Notes: generated by a model from the sequence alone, not told the origin. Counted from the stretch's first letter, positions 12,880 through 26,500 are shown. The stretch: DNA of 64,000 nt from Bugula neritina (GCA_964035545.1 OZ037767.1:5224707-5288706); one strand, 5' to 3'. A program made the numbers and translations.

Positions 12880-14450
12880 AAGTAGTAAGTATAGCAATAG
12901 TAATAGTAATACTGTATCACTAGCTGTATAAGTATAACTAGAGCTATAGCAGTATAAATATAAGTAAACAACTGGCAACAATGAACAATCATCAATGCCC
13001 AAGGCAAAAGCCAAACCTACTTTAACTCTTAGTCTAACGATTTGTGCTAGTAGCAGTAACAGATAATATAAATTTAAAATTAAATATCATTATGATTATA
13101 TCATTATGGTAATATTGGTAATCATTATCATTATGACCATCAATAGTCTGTTGAACTATAAGATTAAGTATAACTACAAGTATTAACTTCAAAGTTCAAG
13201 TTATGCTACTGATAGTGATTGGGGCCTGATTACATTTACTCATTACTGTAACTGTTAGTGTTACACTTAGTCTAAGTCTTACACTGTTAGCCAGGCTACG
13301 CTAGGACTAGGAGTAGAACTAAAATTCCGAACAGCCATATCAACATCAGTATGTAATAATCATAATGATGATGACAATCAATATCATAATGTCAATATAA
13401 ATAAAAATAAAAATGTGTAACTGTAAGTATTTACCTCTAAGTCTAAGACTAGGACTATTGCTATTAGTATTAGTATTGGTAGAGGTAAAATCTTACAATA
13501 CACGAAAATAAAACAAGTTTATGCTTCCTGTTAACATATTTTTATAAATTATCAGGTCAAAATAATCATAATTGAAATAATTCTTATTGAGAGAACAAAT
13601 TTTGTTTTGAAATCACATTTAAACTCAACCCTATTACTATTACTATTAGTATTACTACTGCTAGTGCTATTAGTATTACTATTTGTAATAGTGATACTAC
13701 TAGCCACTAAGGCCAGCGGAAACAAAATATCGGCAAGAAATGTGTTTTACCTATTTTTCATATTTTTTTTTAAAGCTAATACTTTGGGATGCGTTACCTA
13801 CTCTTTCAATAGCTTTGTATTCAAAAGTACAGAACTCAATCTAAGCCAGAAATGCCGCACGCCTGATAGGACATTTGATTGGAACATCAATAATGAGTCT
13901 AACATCCATTGGACAATTAGGCACGGAGCACGTGGTGCAGTGCTTCATGGTTGGTCTTTGGAAATAAGTCGTACAAAACTTCTAACTAATTCTTGAAGCT
14001 CTGCGTAGAAAATATAATTTTGTGTAATTGCATTTCTCTTATAAATACCAAATGTAATTATTACTATAATAATTAATATTTGTTATAATGAATATATTTA
14101 TTGTTTCTTACAATTATTAAATTTAATAATAATAATATCACAATATAAATATTATAATTATTCATAATCATAATGATTAAATTTAATGATAATCTTAATA
14201 ATCATAATCATATTCATATTGATAATGATGTCATTTTGTAACACTAACTATGCTGTTCATCAAGGTTTATCAGTCAATGTTAGCTTAGAAGTATTCAGTG
14301 TTGAAAGATTAATGTCAGAAATTATAAGGATAATAAATAATAATATCAATATGGTTTTTATCCAAAATGTGCTTAAAGTTACTATTAGTGTTAGTGTTAG
14401 GACATACCTGATCAAAATTTTGATATTGTTAGTTAGATTATTAGTCTACA
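12880..14450. promoter_or_regulatory. Divergent BRF1/MGME1 promoter region flanked on both sides by 6-bp-periodic tracts
   Basis: Head-to-head ATGs at 12771 (-) and 14816 (+). A central GC-richer core has ATTGG (reverse CCAAT) at ~13878 and ~13908 and CACGTG at 13929-13934. Periodic tracts lie at ~12880-13480, ~13630-13710 and ~14050-14450. Confidence 0.6.
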
Positions 14451-14815
14451 AGTACACGCTTATTTTGATGACAGTTTTTTATTATATTAATTTGCTGCAG
14501 TAGACTCAGGCCAATGTTTAGTCTTCCCCAATATAATTCAGTTTTTCTCAAAGCAGGCATCCTATACTTTATAATTTGATGGAGCTCACTTGACTGACTT
14601 TTTTCACTGGACTAAGAATGAGTTGAATTACAAAAGTATACAAAGGTTTGATGCATTGTTTTTAATAAGTTAGTTGTTCTGTGTTGTTTGATCAGACATA
14701 ATAAATAGGAATATTCAAATGAGTTATGCCAGGAAAATTGTTTTGGTGGTCTAATTAATCACTGTATAATTTCTATTGCATTTAATGATAGGCTTAGTTG
14801 AGAAGGTTGCAAAAG

Positions 14816-17800
14816 ATGGGCCGACACACTTCGATATTGTTTCTACTCCGAAAGCCACAGTCATACAGAGTAGGTACTATGGTTTCCCAGAAGACCATCT
14901 CACACTTCACTAGCTTAGGCAAGCTTTGCAGAGTTTTCTCAACAGCAGGTAAAAGTTTATTTAAACATGTTACTAAATTATATTTAGTATTTACGTAGTA
15001 ATGTAATTTTCGTGTATTAGAAGTCATTTTAACAGGCTGCTCTGAAAATATCTTGACTTCTTCAGTTTAACGCTGTTCTATTCCATGTGAATTTGATGTT
15101 GTAGGGTATATTGATCACTCAGTTCTGAGCAGCATTGACCATGCAGCCATTTCTAATACTTCAACAACACCAGTGTTAGATATAGGATCACATAGAATAC
15201 CGTCCGTTACCAAAGTGTTGAGTGATACTAAATCAGAAGAAGATAAGTTGGTGCTAGAGAAATGGAAACAGAAAATGATTTTGAAGTTGGGTTTGTCAGG
15301 ATTTGAAGAATATCAAAAAGGTGATAATTTTGAAAGTTAAAAATCGTATTTAATTGCTAGAACACACGCTAATCTTTGGTTAAATCGAACTTTCAACACC
15401 AATATGTACTGGGAACATTAATAAATACCAACAATCTCGATAATGTTGCAGGTCTGTTTCGACGTGGAAGTGCTCTTCATTCGAACATAGAAAGTCATCT
15501 TTTAGGTCGAAGCTATGAATCAACCTCAGAAATTCTTGGATACATGCAAAGTGTTGAACCTCAACTGCAAAACTTTCATGACGTGGTAGCTTGCGAGACA
15601 AAACTAAACCATGATGCTCTTCGCTACACTGGTGTCATTGATTGTGTCGCTCATCATCGGAGGTAAATAGCAGTTTTTTTATGCATTACTTTTACTTAAT
15701 ATTTTATCTGAACAGTGTTGTACTTGTAATAAAATGTACTCACTACATATACACGTATGTGTGCGTTTGTGCGTGCGTGTATAATATTGCACACTATAAT
15801 TTATAGGTTTAAATTGACTAAGATTTTTACTTGTTTTTTTCAAATCTCACAAAAGCTCTGGCAGGGGACTATTTGGAAGTTGATTCACATACGAACACCT
15901 ATTGCATATATGCATGTTGCAGAACAGGGTTGTACATTATTGACTGGAAAACCTCTGAGAGAAAGAAGACAACTCTCAGTCAAGTATATGATAATCCTGT
16001 ACAGGTAGCAGCATACATCGGAATGTGGAATAACCAGAATCCAGATAACAAGGTAATATAACTCCAATCTAATGTGTCATCCTATTATTTTATTTGTAGA
16101 GATATTTTTTGGTAAGCGATATGGTAACCTTGCTACAAATTGCAAGCAACACTTGGCAAATGGGTTATCACATGTCACAGGCTGAATATAAGTTCATTAC
16201 ATGTCGACAATAACGTAGTGTTTTCTTGACACACTTGCATTTCTAGCAGTATGTGATGAATATTTTATGTTTTTGTTTATCAATGATTAAACAAGTATTT
16301 GCAGGTAATCATTGATTAATTAACGTTAACTTTTTGCTGCCTTCAAGTAAAAGTGCTGTCTCAAATCTTGGTTATATTCTCAAATAATTTGCTCCAAAAT
16401 TTTCAGAATGTTGCTTAGGAACAAATCTTTGCGGAGCTACTCCAACTTGTAAGATAGGACTCGACTAAAAAAGTTCAAAATAAAAATAAAATTAGAGTTA
16501 TACGTTTGTTTACATTTGTTGCTAAATAAGCAGGAGACTAATTTTGTGCCTTCTGCAAATGACAACAAACCTCCATGTTTAGTCTTTGGCTGTTAATGAG
16601 TCTGCCATTGTTTTTGCTTGGTGTGAAGTAAAACAGTAACCATCACCAACACACCAACTTTTCACTGCCGCAATTAAGTAGTAATATAATTTGGCTATCT
16701 CAAAACTTTGCACTTGGTAAAGTAAAGTAGGCCTGTTTGTAATAAAACAAAAACATAGCTAAAAAACCATAAGCTTTAAAGCCATGAATAATTTTTATTA
16801 GATTTACTGGGCCAGTGGTAATCCAAATGTTCCCTCCCCCTACCCAAATTTGTGTAGCTCCAAAGCTCATTTTTGAGTTTACAGTCATACTTCATTTATT
16901 ATAAATACTGTATAGTTTTAGCATATGTTATGTCCTGTTGCTATCTGTTTCACTTTTATATTTGTGTCACAAAGCTTTACATAATAATGTGTGATTTAGG
17001 CAGGTGTTTAGTTTATCTCATTGGTCTCTCATTTAATATTTTAGGGCTTTACACCCTATAAATTGACTTATGAAAACCTAGTATTTCAATGCATACATAA
17101 CATATGTTAAGTCTGCTTTGTAATTTTTTTCCAACTGAGTGACACTCATTGTCAACAAAGTAATATGTTCTATATTGTTTTCTGTCTAAATATAAGCAAA
17201 TGCAAGCATAATATAATGTGATTTATTTTTAAGATGATGGAATATTTTTATATGATTGGATGAACATTAATAACTGCAATGAAAAGGTATGTGATGTGAT
17301 CACATTCTGTGTTGGTATTCCAAATTCAACTTTTTTCTCATGGAATGTGGTATTTTTGGAATTTGTATGTACAATGAGATGAAGTAATAAATTTGATGGT
17401 TTCACTAATATCGCTTACAGTCATCTTGTTCTTGTAATTCTCTGCGGTTACACGAATTCTATGCTATTTATTGCGACGTTATATATTCATTATTCAGCTA
17501 CCTGCTCTTGTATACCAAAGTGTCTGTGAGTATAACAAGTTTAAGTTTTTAGCTTCATTGAATTGTCTTGTATTTTTTAAAGCATTTTCAGTTTGGGTTT
17601 TAAAATTGATGGCATGTTATTGCTGCTTTTGTTATATAAATAAAGATATTCATATTGATCATTGCAAAATGAAACTGACTTTTGCTGACATCAAAATTTT
17701 AGGTAACTTTGCTTGATCTCTCTAAGTAAAGAAGATGTTTGCTTGGATGAGAGATTTGTTCTCATTCAGATATCCCAGTCTACTGACCAGGAAAAGGAAT

Positions 17801-20800
17801 TCAGTGTAAGTTCTTATGCAAATTATTTTCAATCTTATTTACCCAAGCATAGGGGAAAACTATTGCAAATTCAACCTTGATACAATTCTGTGACCAATAT
17901 CTTTTAGACTTTATAAATATTTGTTTGGTGTTCCTTACAAACTGAATGAGCTGTTCTACTTGCAGATTTAAATATTTTGTAATTGTCTAACTATTGGTTG
18001 AACATTCATCAGTTTACATGCTATTATTAAAGTTGAAATATTATATAAAGTTAGTTGAAAAATATTTTGCTACTTGACACTCTCGTTAAAAAGCTTGAGA
18101 TTTACTGCATTAAAATACCCTCAACCAAAAACTAAATCTTATTTTGTGCGTTGTAAGTGAATCATGTGAAATCAATTGACACCTTCATGCAACATTATTG
18201 CGACACTGTTTTTTACATCATAGTACATTTTAAAAGGTCCAAATAGTTGAAATTTTTTCTTTACCTTATCCATCTTAAGCTTTTAATGATGCAAAAAGCT
18301 AGACAAACATAATTGTCTAGCACTCTAACACTTATAATTTTTGTTCAACAAGTTGAATATTAATTACATTAAAATAAGGAGTGTGTTTTTGACAAAACTT
18401 TCTTCTATGAGTCCTAATACAATTTTTTGGTATATTTTTTAGTGTCATTGACATTTTTTTACCAATTTTTTTTGCAATAATTTGTATTATAGTTCCACTC
18501 CAGTGTAATTGTGCATAATGTGTTCAACCAGGCTTTTTATGTTGCAAAATATATATCGGTTCTAAATTACTCTGTTGAAACAAGCACTGCCAAATAATAA
18601 GGTTAATTGTGCTGATAATGATGGCATATTCTGCTAGTGACATGCATGACTATGTTTTGATTGTCGCTCTTTTTACTGGAGGAAAGTTCGATGGAATTTT
18701 ATTTTTCAAGCCCAAGATTTTTTATTATGAAGTGACCTGCCCTTTAGCCACCTGGGCAAGGGGCAGGTCACAAATGGCAATTTGAGCAACTTTCAACAGG
18801 TCTTACTATGTTTTGCAGGCATGTCCGTGCGCCAGTAGTAATAAAAGACGCGCCTAAACACTCCTCAGGTGACGGCAAAGCATCTTGTCGGCTTCTGCCA
18901 TTTGATGAAAAAGCAAAATGTCATGATCACGGTTGTCGTGAAAAAGATTTTGCTGTAAATAAGTTAACAGCATCTAGTACTATAGCTCAACGAAAACCGA
19001 AGTTGGCACTACCTGTGAAATCAGGAAAAGTTAATCCAATGCCTGAAGCTGTTGCAAAACCGAGTGTTTCAAATGCTAGATCACAGAGTTTAACAGAAGG
19101 AACAGTACTTTGTTCCACAAAGGCCAATGCTAAGAATCGTAAAGCTAGTAAAGCTAAAACGAAAAAAAATGTGTTCCAAAGAACTGCGGAATCATTTCTC
19201 AGCCATGTAGCAAGGATACGATTAGCAAGAAAGGGAAATGGAGAATCTCGAAAACTGTATTGTGGTCAGGCAAATATGGAGCAAGGTGACATCGAGTTGC
19301 AGGTTAGAGGAAAAAAGGCGATTAAAATGGAAAAACCAAATGTGCATCAGATGTCTCGTGCTACAGATGCCAAGTCTTCGAAAGCACTTTTAGATTTGAA
19401 TCAATCAGTATTTAAGCCTGTTTCATCAGCTTCAGCAACCTCCGGTGTGGATGTAGCTGCACCTGTTAATGAAAAGGTTTTTCCAGACCCTTCTAATGAT
19501 ACGGTGCAAGCCTTTGCGGAATCAACACTATTGCCTCCATTCGAAAGTCTCTTAGAAGCTTGTAAGTCTGCAGATGTAGTAGAAAACGAGGCTGTGTCAC
19601 TCACGAGTGAGGTTGTGAATTGTCAGGATGGCTTATGTCTGGATGAAGATGAAACCATTGTGTCTGCGGCAAGTCAACAATTACCTTCTTTTGATTTACA
19701 AAGCACTTCTTCCTTGCCGTCTTGTGCTATCCGGGATCTTTCTGAGGAGACTCCTAATTCTAACCAGCTTCTGTCTACGAATAAAGTTATCGACATCCCA
19801 AATGTGAAATCTGAAAATGTTGAACTCTCTGACTCGGTACCAACAACTCCTTCAAGCTCATCTATATGGGACATAACTGTAGGTGGACGTAGCTGTGACA
19901 ACTCTATCTCCATGGTTGGAAATATGAAAACTCTAATCTCAACATTTGAAGATTTTAATGACTCATCAAACAAGACAGCTTCTGTTACTCCTTCAGGTCA
20001 GTGCTGTGAACCTTCATCCGTTTCATTATGTGACAAAGATCTTCAAACAGTTCCCTCTTCTACCAGCATTGACAATCTTTTACATTCTACTGTTTCTCCT
20101 GAACGTACGACTTCTATTATTGCCTCTACCACTCTGGACATCCGTCCATCTGATCCTTTATGTAGTGAATCACCATTCATTACAAATCCTACTTTGACTA
20201 CTGATAGTTTGACAAATGATGTCACAGATGAAAGTTCTGTAGTTATATCAAATGCTATTACTGAAACAGCCGTCTCTAATTTCACAGAAAATGAAACCGA
20301 GCAAGCTAAACTATCTGATGAGGACAAGGATGCTTTAAAATTCAGTTCTGTGCCTAGTCTAGCATTTTTGTGTTTAAGAAAACTGAAGCAAGTCACTGCT
20401 TTAAAAACAGGAATGGAACTTACAGTTACCCATATCCCTTCTAAGAAGAACAATAAAATTAGTGAATTTGAATCATGCATTGAAGAGAATCTGAGCTCAA
20501 TAAGATCTACATCCAGCTCAAAGTGTGATAAAGCACCTGAAAATACTGTAGTCACAAGTATACATATTGGTGAGGATTCTAAAAATGTTGCTTCTTGCTC
20601 AATTGACGGTAATCTATTGGCTAAAACCCCTATGCGTGCTAGACCTTCATCTGGTAAGATGAAACAATCTTATAGTCAATACAAGTGTCTTGTAATGGAC
20701 AGTCCATATTTGAAACGCTGTGCTCCTTCTAAAAAAAATAAAGCCAGATATCATAATACTGGTGTGAAGGTTTCAAATAGATGCAGAAAAGTAAACCACA

Positions 20801-22504
20801 AAAATGTGCAAACTAATGTAATTAATAAGAATTCACTGACCAATCATAAGAAGATCAAATCTGGACCTGCATCATTATCGAAAAGAACCCGTGAAGTAAA
20901 GTCGATGACACTGACAAAACCTCAAAGTAGTAAGGCGATAAGGTCTACAAAAAGCCTATACACTAGGATCGCAAATTACTACCATCCTCTTGGGAGCGCA
21001 TTATCTTTAAAGAACAATTTACCAAGCTTGAAGTTAAAAATGCCTATTAAACAAGGTTTTGATAATTTAGACATGGAGCTATTGAGAACTAGACTAAATG
21101 AATCTCATATACTAAGCATGATGGAAAAAGTGAGCAAGCTTAAAACCGGCCCTATTGTTCTCAGTGAAATTGGACAAAATGGTGATAAAGATTCCGAAAC
21201 TATGTCTACTGCATTAGTTCAAAAGTATCCTTTACCGGCTCGACTACGGGTACCGGATTATACCAGGCACGTTGAACAATGCAATAAAAGTGGCCTAATT
21301 CAAATTACCATAGACCTATAAAAGGAAAGAAGCGACTCTAAAAGCTTGTAAAACTCTCTTACCAAACTTTGGTAGTATCATTTAAAAGTAAATTATTAAA
21401 GCCACCAGAGAAAAATTACTGGTTGCATTAATTTAAGAAATTATCAGTATTTTTTATTGGATTCTATACCCGCTCATAACCTCAAATATTCTCATCATGA
21501 GTTCTGTCAATTTGGTGACAACCTTTAAAAAGTATCATCGCCAGTACTGCTTTCAACAAGCTTATCTTCACAAAATTGGCCCTCCAAAAAGCCAAGTTAT
21601 TCCTATTGAAAAGGATTCTCTTTCTAAATGTAATTTTCTGTTGCTTCTGCCGTAGCAACTAGCTTACCTGAAAACATTATGATGCCCAGGGAATCAATAG
21701 TCTGTAAGTTTACTGGATGGAAGCCCGAGAACTTGCTTAACAAATACAAATGAAATCAGTCCAGGCCAATTATAATTCCAAATGGCGCTATATATTTCAA
21801 CAAAACACAACTATTCGTCACCCTATTCCTTCAAGCTACTTAAAATCAATGTGGGAACGATACCAAAAGCAGAATTTGCAAGAAAATTTCTACCAAAACT
21901 GCCAAACAGGTCCTGGTCTCTGTAAATATTTAAATGGTATGGTTTCTCTTAACTCATGTTATGAAAGTTTTGCAAAGGTTATAATGTTATTATGGTTTTA
22001 TAGGTAAACATGATAAAAAGCACTTTTTTTTCGCTTTATGCCTGCAATACATTTACAGCTATTGATCTTTGCAGTTGCCATGAGTTACCTCTTAATCAAG
22101 TTGACCTTATACAGTCAACCAAATTTTTAATAGTTTCATTTTAACCGATTACATGAAGAGTGTTGTTGCTATACCTCTATGTCTGAAAGGCAAAAAATAC
22201 TCCATCAAAATTTGATTTATATGTGACATGCAAGACATTTTATCTGATGATTGTATGTGACATGCAAACTTGTATGCATGAAGCTACTACTCTACTTTAC
22301 ACGCACACAATGATTGGCTGGATTATATATATTTCTTTGTTTGTGTAGGTATCTCAAGGAATGCTAGTGATGATATATCCAGATGGTACGGCCTGTGATA
22401 TCATTAAAGTCAGCGAACAGGTAGTTGGGATGTACTGGCAGCAGTGGAAAAATCGCTTAAAGCTCTACTGGCAAAATAATCTCAGAATAAATGCCAGCAA
22501 TTAA
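14816..22504 (+). CDS. MGME1: Mitochondrial genome maintenance exonuclease 1 (PD-(D/E)XK nuclease), 5 coding exons
   Basis: Exons 14816-14948, 15105-15320, 15452-15662, 15923-16052 and 22349-22504 join in frame. The protein has an Arg/Ser-rich, acid-poor N-terminus (targeting-peptide-like), RIPSVTKVL, LEKWKQKMILKLG, GSALH, YTGVIDCVA, IIDWKTSERKK, YDNPVQVAAY and YPDG...YWQQWKNRLKLY. Confidence 0.95.
17279..21321 (+). CDS. Orphan Ser/Thr/Lys-rich, probably disordered protein (~850 aa) nested in the last MGME1 intron
   Basis: A 2.5-kb uninterrupted ORF (18808-21321) in AT-rich DNA, entered through the acceptor ttttgcag|18819. Phase-compatible upstream exons 17279-17286 (ATGAAAAG|gtatgt) and 17770-17805 (tcattcag|...|gtaagt) give MKRYPSLLTRKRNSVHVRAP. 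I recognise no domain or transposon motif. Confidence 0.7.
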
Positions 22505-23567
22505 GGTGCAGTTATTATGGAATATTGCAAAAACTGAATTGGGTAAAAATCAGTTTTTGCTTCAAAACTGAACATACCTACCAACTGGACTGTTTTCATT
22601 GAACCAATTTATTGTTACAGTTTTAATTTAGTGGAATATCTCCACTCTCCTTGTTGTATTATACTTCTGAAATGTATTATGGCTCATAATTGAATCATGC
22701 ATATAATGTGTCTTGTATGCAGAAACATGCTAAAATAATGTTATATTTTACTGTTATTTTCAAGCACATATTCTATGGCTATTAGATTATATTTATTCAT
22801 TGTATAAATAAATGTGCTAAAAACTGCTTATTTATTTTGTCAATATTCAGAGAATAGTAATTTAAGTAAATTTAGCACAATTGTGTACCAAGAAATATCA
22901 CAAGCAAACTTGAAAATCCCTGATGTTTAAATGCATGCAATTTTAATAATCTGAAACAATGTAATTCTAAAGCTTTTTACAAAGTAGCACCTTATAGTGT
23001 GGCCAAGATTTCCTAATTATTATAATATACTGACAAGGCTAGCTATTGAAAGCCTGCATATATTATATGCAAAGTCACAGCATAGTATTTATCTATGAAT
23101 GAGCCTGCGATAGTGAAACTATAAAACCTGTCAGTCTGACTGGGCAGCCAACTAAAATTTTTTTCTGAAACCTGTAGCTTTTTGGGAGCTAACCACCACT
23201 TGCAGTGGAGTAAAAAAACCAAGGACTTGACTTGATGCCAACATGAAATTATACTTTATAGATAAGATAACTCTTAGGTCCAAGCTTAAGGTGCGAGATT
23301 TAAATTAAAAAAATTATTACAAATTGCTAGAAATAATTGCTATAAATATTATTGAAAAAAATTCAAAAATGTTTCTCAGCAGTACAATGATGATAATATA
23401 AGTACAGAAACTATTAGTTTCAATATGCGAAGCCGCGCCTTCTGTATCTGAGGCAAGAGTAAGTCGGAATTGCAGTCGACTCAATCTAAAATTTCATATT
23501 TCTGACAAATGCTTTGTTAGGTTTGGAACGTTACACTTTACAGTTATACTTATCATAATAGTTTCTT

Positions 23568-26500
23568 ATGGATGAGCTAACTAATTTATTGGATCAGCTA
23601 TCTAGCAACAAGAAATTGGATCGTGACAGAGGGTTAACTGCTTTTCTAAAATGGGTTGAATCTTTAGATCCCGAATCGTTTGCCAGCTTGACTTCCATTC
23701 TTGAATCAGAAGTTGATAAAGTTCAAAAAGTGACTCGGAGCACAGAGCTTATTGATGGCGATTATGATTACTCTTGCAAATGGGAAAATCATTATGCTAT
23801 TCTTGCAGTCTTCAAGGTATTGTATACTAGATATTTAGCATTTACTTTTAGTTTTACAAATGTCAAATCAGAAAGTGAAATCATAATCATAATCATAATG
23901 ATGATCATAATAATAATTGTCAATTGATAATATAATTATAATAATAAATAATAATCATGATATTCAAATTGAATAACCATCACCATGGCCATGCTGATTA
24001 TGAATTAATAAATGAAATTCAAATCGATGATATAAAATCAATTCTTCATCTTATAAGTCTAAGGCTTATGGTTTAGTTTTATCATTAAGTTTTAATTACT
24101 GAACCAGTTACTAAATGGTGAAATATAGCTATGGCACAGTGACAGTGATAGTCATAGTGAGATTAGATTTTTTGCTGAATCATTTTGAGACAATCATAGT
24201 TAGTTTTGTATTTTGTGTTTATTACTAGCATTATTACTATGGCTGCAAAATATACATCATTATTGTTGTGTTGTTTGACTCGCTATTATTCACCGCGAGA
24301 CTCGTTGAGCTCGGGGATTTTCCTACTAGCTAGAATTGAAATAAATCACGATAATTATCAGCTTAGACTCAATCCAACGTTGTTGTACTCTTACGCACCA
24401 ATCACACATGGTGGCAGCAGTTAAAACTAATAATGGGCGATGAAGAAGTTCAGCAACAAATAATTGTGCATAGGAATGCACCCAGAATCGAACCACCAGG
24501 TGAGATCGTTTTGAATTGTGAGCGTGAGCAAAACTTCAGAAAATTTAAAAGCCGGTGGCAGTCGTTTTACATTCTGTCTAGACTTTCGGAGGAAAGTGAT
24601 GAGTACCAGAGAGCATTGCTATTATATACAATTGGTGATGATGCATGCCGAGTGGTAGAGTCAAGTCACAAATATCAGAATGATAAGAGTCTAGCAGCGA
24701 TAATAGACATTTTGGAGCAATACTGTGTAGGAGAACGAAATATAGTGCACGAACGTTATAAATTTAATACAAGGTGTCAATTACAAGGAGAGAATTTTGA
24801 TGCTTTTTACTCAGAATTACGTACGCTAGCAGATAAATGTGGATTTAATTACCGACCTGCCACTGATGAGGCACCAGCACCATTTGATGAGATGCTGAGA
24901 GATCGAATTGTTCTAGGAATTAGAGATGACTCTCTTAGAAAGAAATTGATTTCTCAAGGTAACACTTTAACACTAGACCAGGCAGTACGTATTTGTAGGA
25001 GCAGTGAAGTCACTTCAACTGTGATGCAAAGTGTAACAAAAGGAGCAAGCTCAGGGTCTGTAGATGCTATAAGTAAAGCACAAAGCAGCTACCCTAAATA
25101 TAAGCAAAGCAAACCAAGTCATACACGCAAGCAGGGAGGTGCTGTCCAGCTGCCAGTTAACTCTCAGATGTACAAGCCTACAAACAGCCAGGATCATTGT
25201 AAAAGGTGCGGTAGGGAACCACATTCAAAAGCGGAATGCCCAGCTAAGGATGCTCAATGCAGGAAGTGCAAGAAAGTGGGCCACTTCCAGCGGCAATGCA
25301 GAAGTACATCCATCCAGGAGGTGACCGAAGCAAGTAGTGACGATGGTATAATGTTCACAGGAGAGTTCAAAATAGAAAACCTAACTGTGGATGCTTGGAA
25401 AGCCGAAGTAGCAGTAAATGGTAACTGTACTACTTTCAAGCTCGATACAGGTGCAGATGGTACAGTAGTCAGTGACAAACTACCGTGGCTGTCTACTATT
25501 TCACTGCAAACTACAGGAGTCCGCTTGTATGGACCTGGAGGAAAGCAACTTCAAGTCTTAGGAACTTTTGAGGCAGATCTTCAATATAAAAGTCAGAAGT
25601 ACAAGGAGACAGCCTACGTAATTCAAAATCAGTCAACCTCTCTACTCGGTAGAACTGCTTGTGAAAAGTTAGGACTGATAACATGCCAAGTAAAGCAGCA
25701 AGGGGAAATAACCAAAGACATCCACACAGGCTTCTCAAAGCTATTTAAAGGCCTTGGAGCACTCAAGGGATACTCATACAGAATATCACTAATTCCAGAT
25801 TACCAGCCAACATGCATCTACACTCCAAGGAAAATTCCCATTCCATTACGAGACAAAACTAAGAAAAAGCTAGATGAGATGGCGCAACAAGGAGTTATCT
25901 CTCCCGTAACAGAAGCTACAGAGTGGTGTAGTGGAATGGTCCCAGTCCTCAAACCATCAGGAGATGTACGCGTCTGTGTGGACCTGACTGGCCTGAATAA
26001 AGCAGTTAGAAGGGAAATCTATCCAATGCCAGCAGTCGATGAAAGTATTGGACTGTTGGGGGCAAGTAAAATCTTCTCAAAGCTAGATGCCAATAGTGGG
26101 TTCTGGCAAATACACTTGGACAAGGAGTCAAGAAAACTGACTACCTTCCTCACACCTTTTGGCCGGTTCTGTTTCAACAGACTTCCATTTGGCATATCTA
26201 GTGCACCGGAGATCTTTTCTCGAGCTATGTGCAGACTACTAGGCGACATAGAGAATGTCATCTGCCACATGGACGATATTCTAGTTCATGGTAAAGATGC
26301 AGAAAGCCACGATAAAACCTTAAAGCTGGTTTTAAGCAGACTGGAAGAAGCAGGACTCACATTGAATGAAGACAAGTGTGAGATTGGCCAAGCTCAAGTG
26401 AAGTTTTTAGGCCACATTATAGATGCTAAAGGAGTCGGCCCTGACCCGGATAAAGTCGCATCAATACGTGACTTTCCAGCCCCTACCTGTAAGACAGAGT

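Noticed and set aside
20043-20555. Antisense ORFs within the orphan ORF and within Gag-Pol
   Set aside because: Shadow ORFs on the opposite strand of long coding sequence, with no independent evidence.
914-22504. ORC3-BRF1-MGME1 as a functional DNA-maintenance cluster
   Set aside because: The genes act in different compartments and pathways. Adjacency is adequately explained by high gene density unless conserved synteny is shown.
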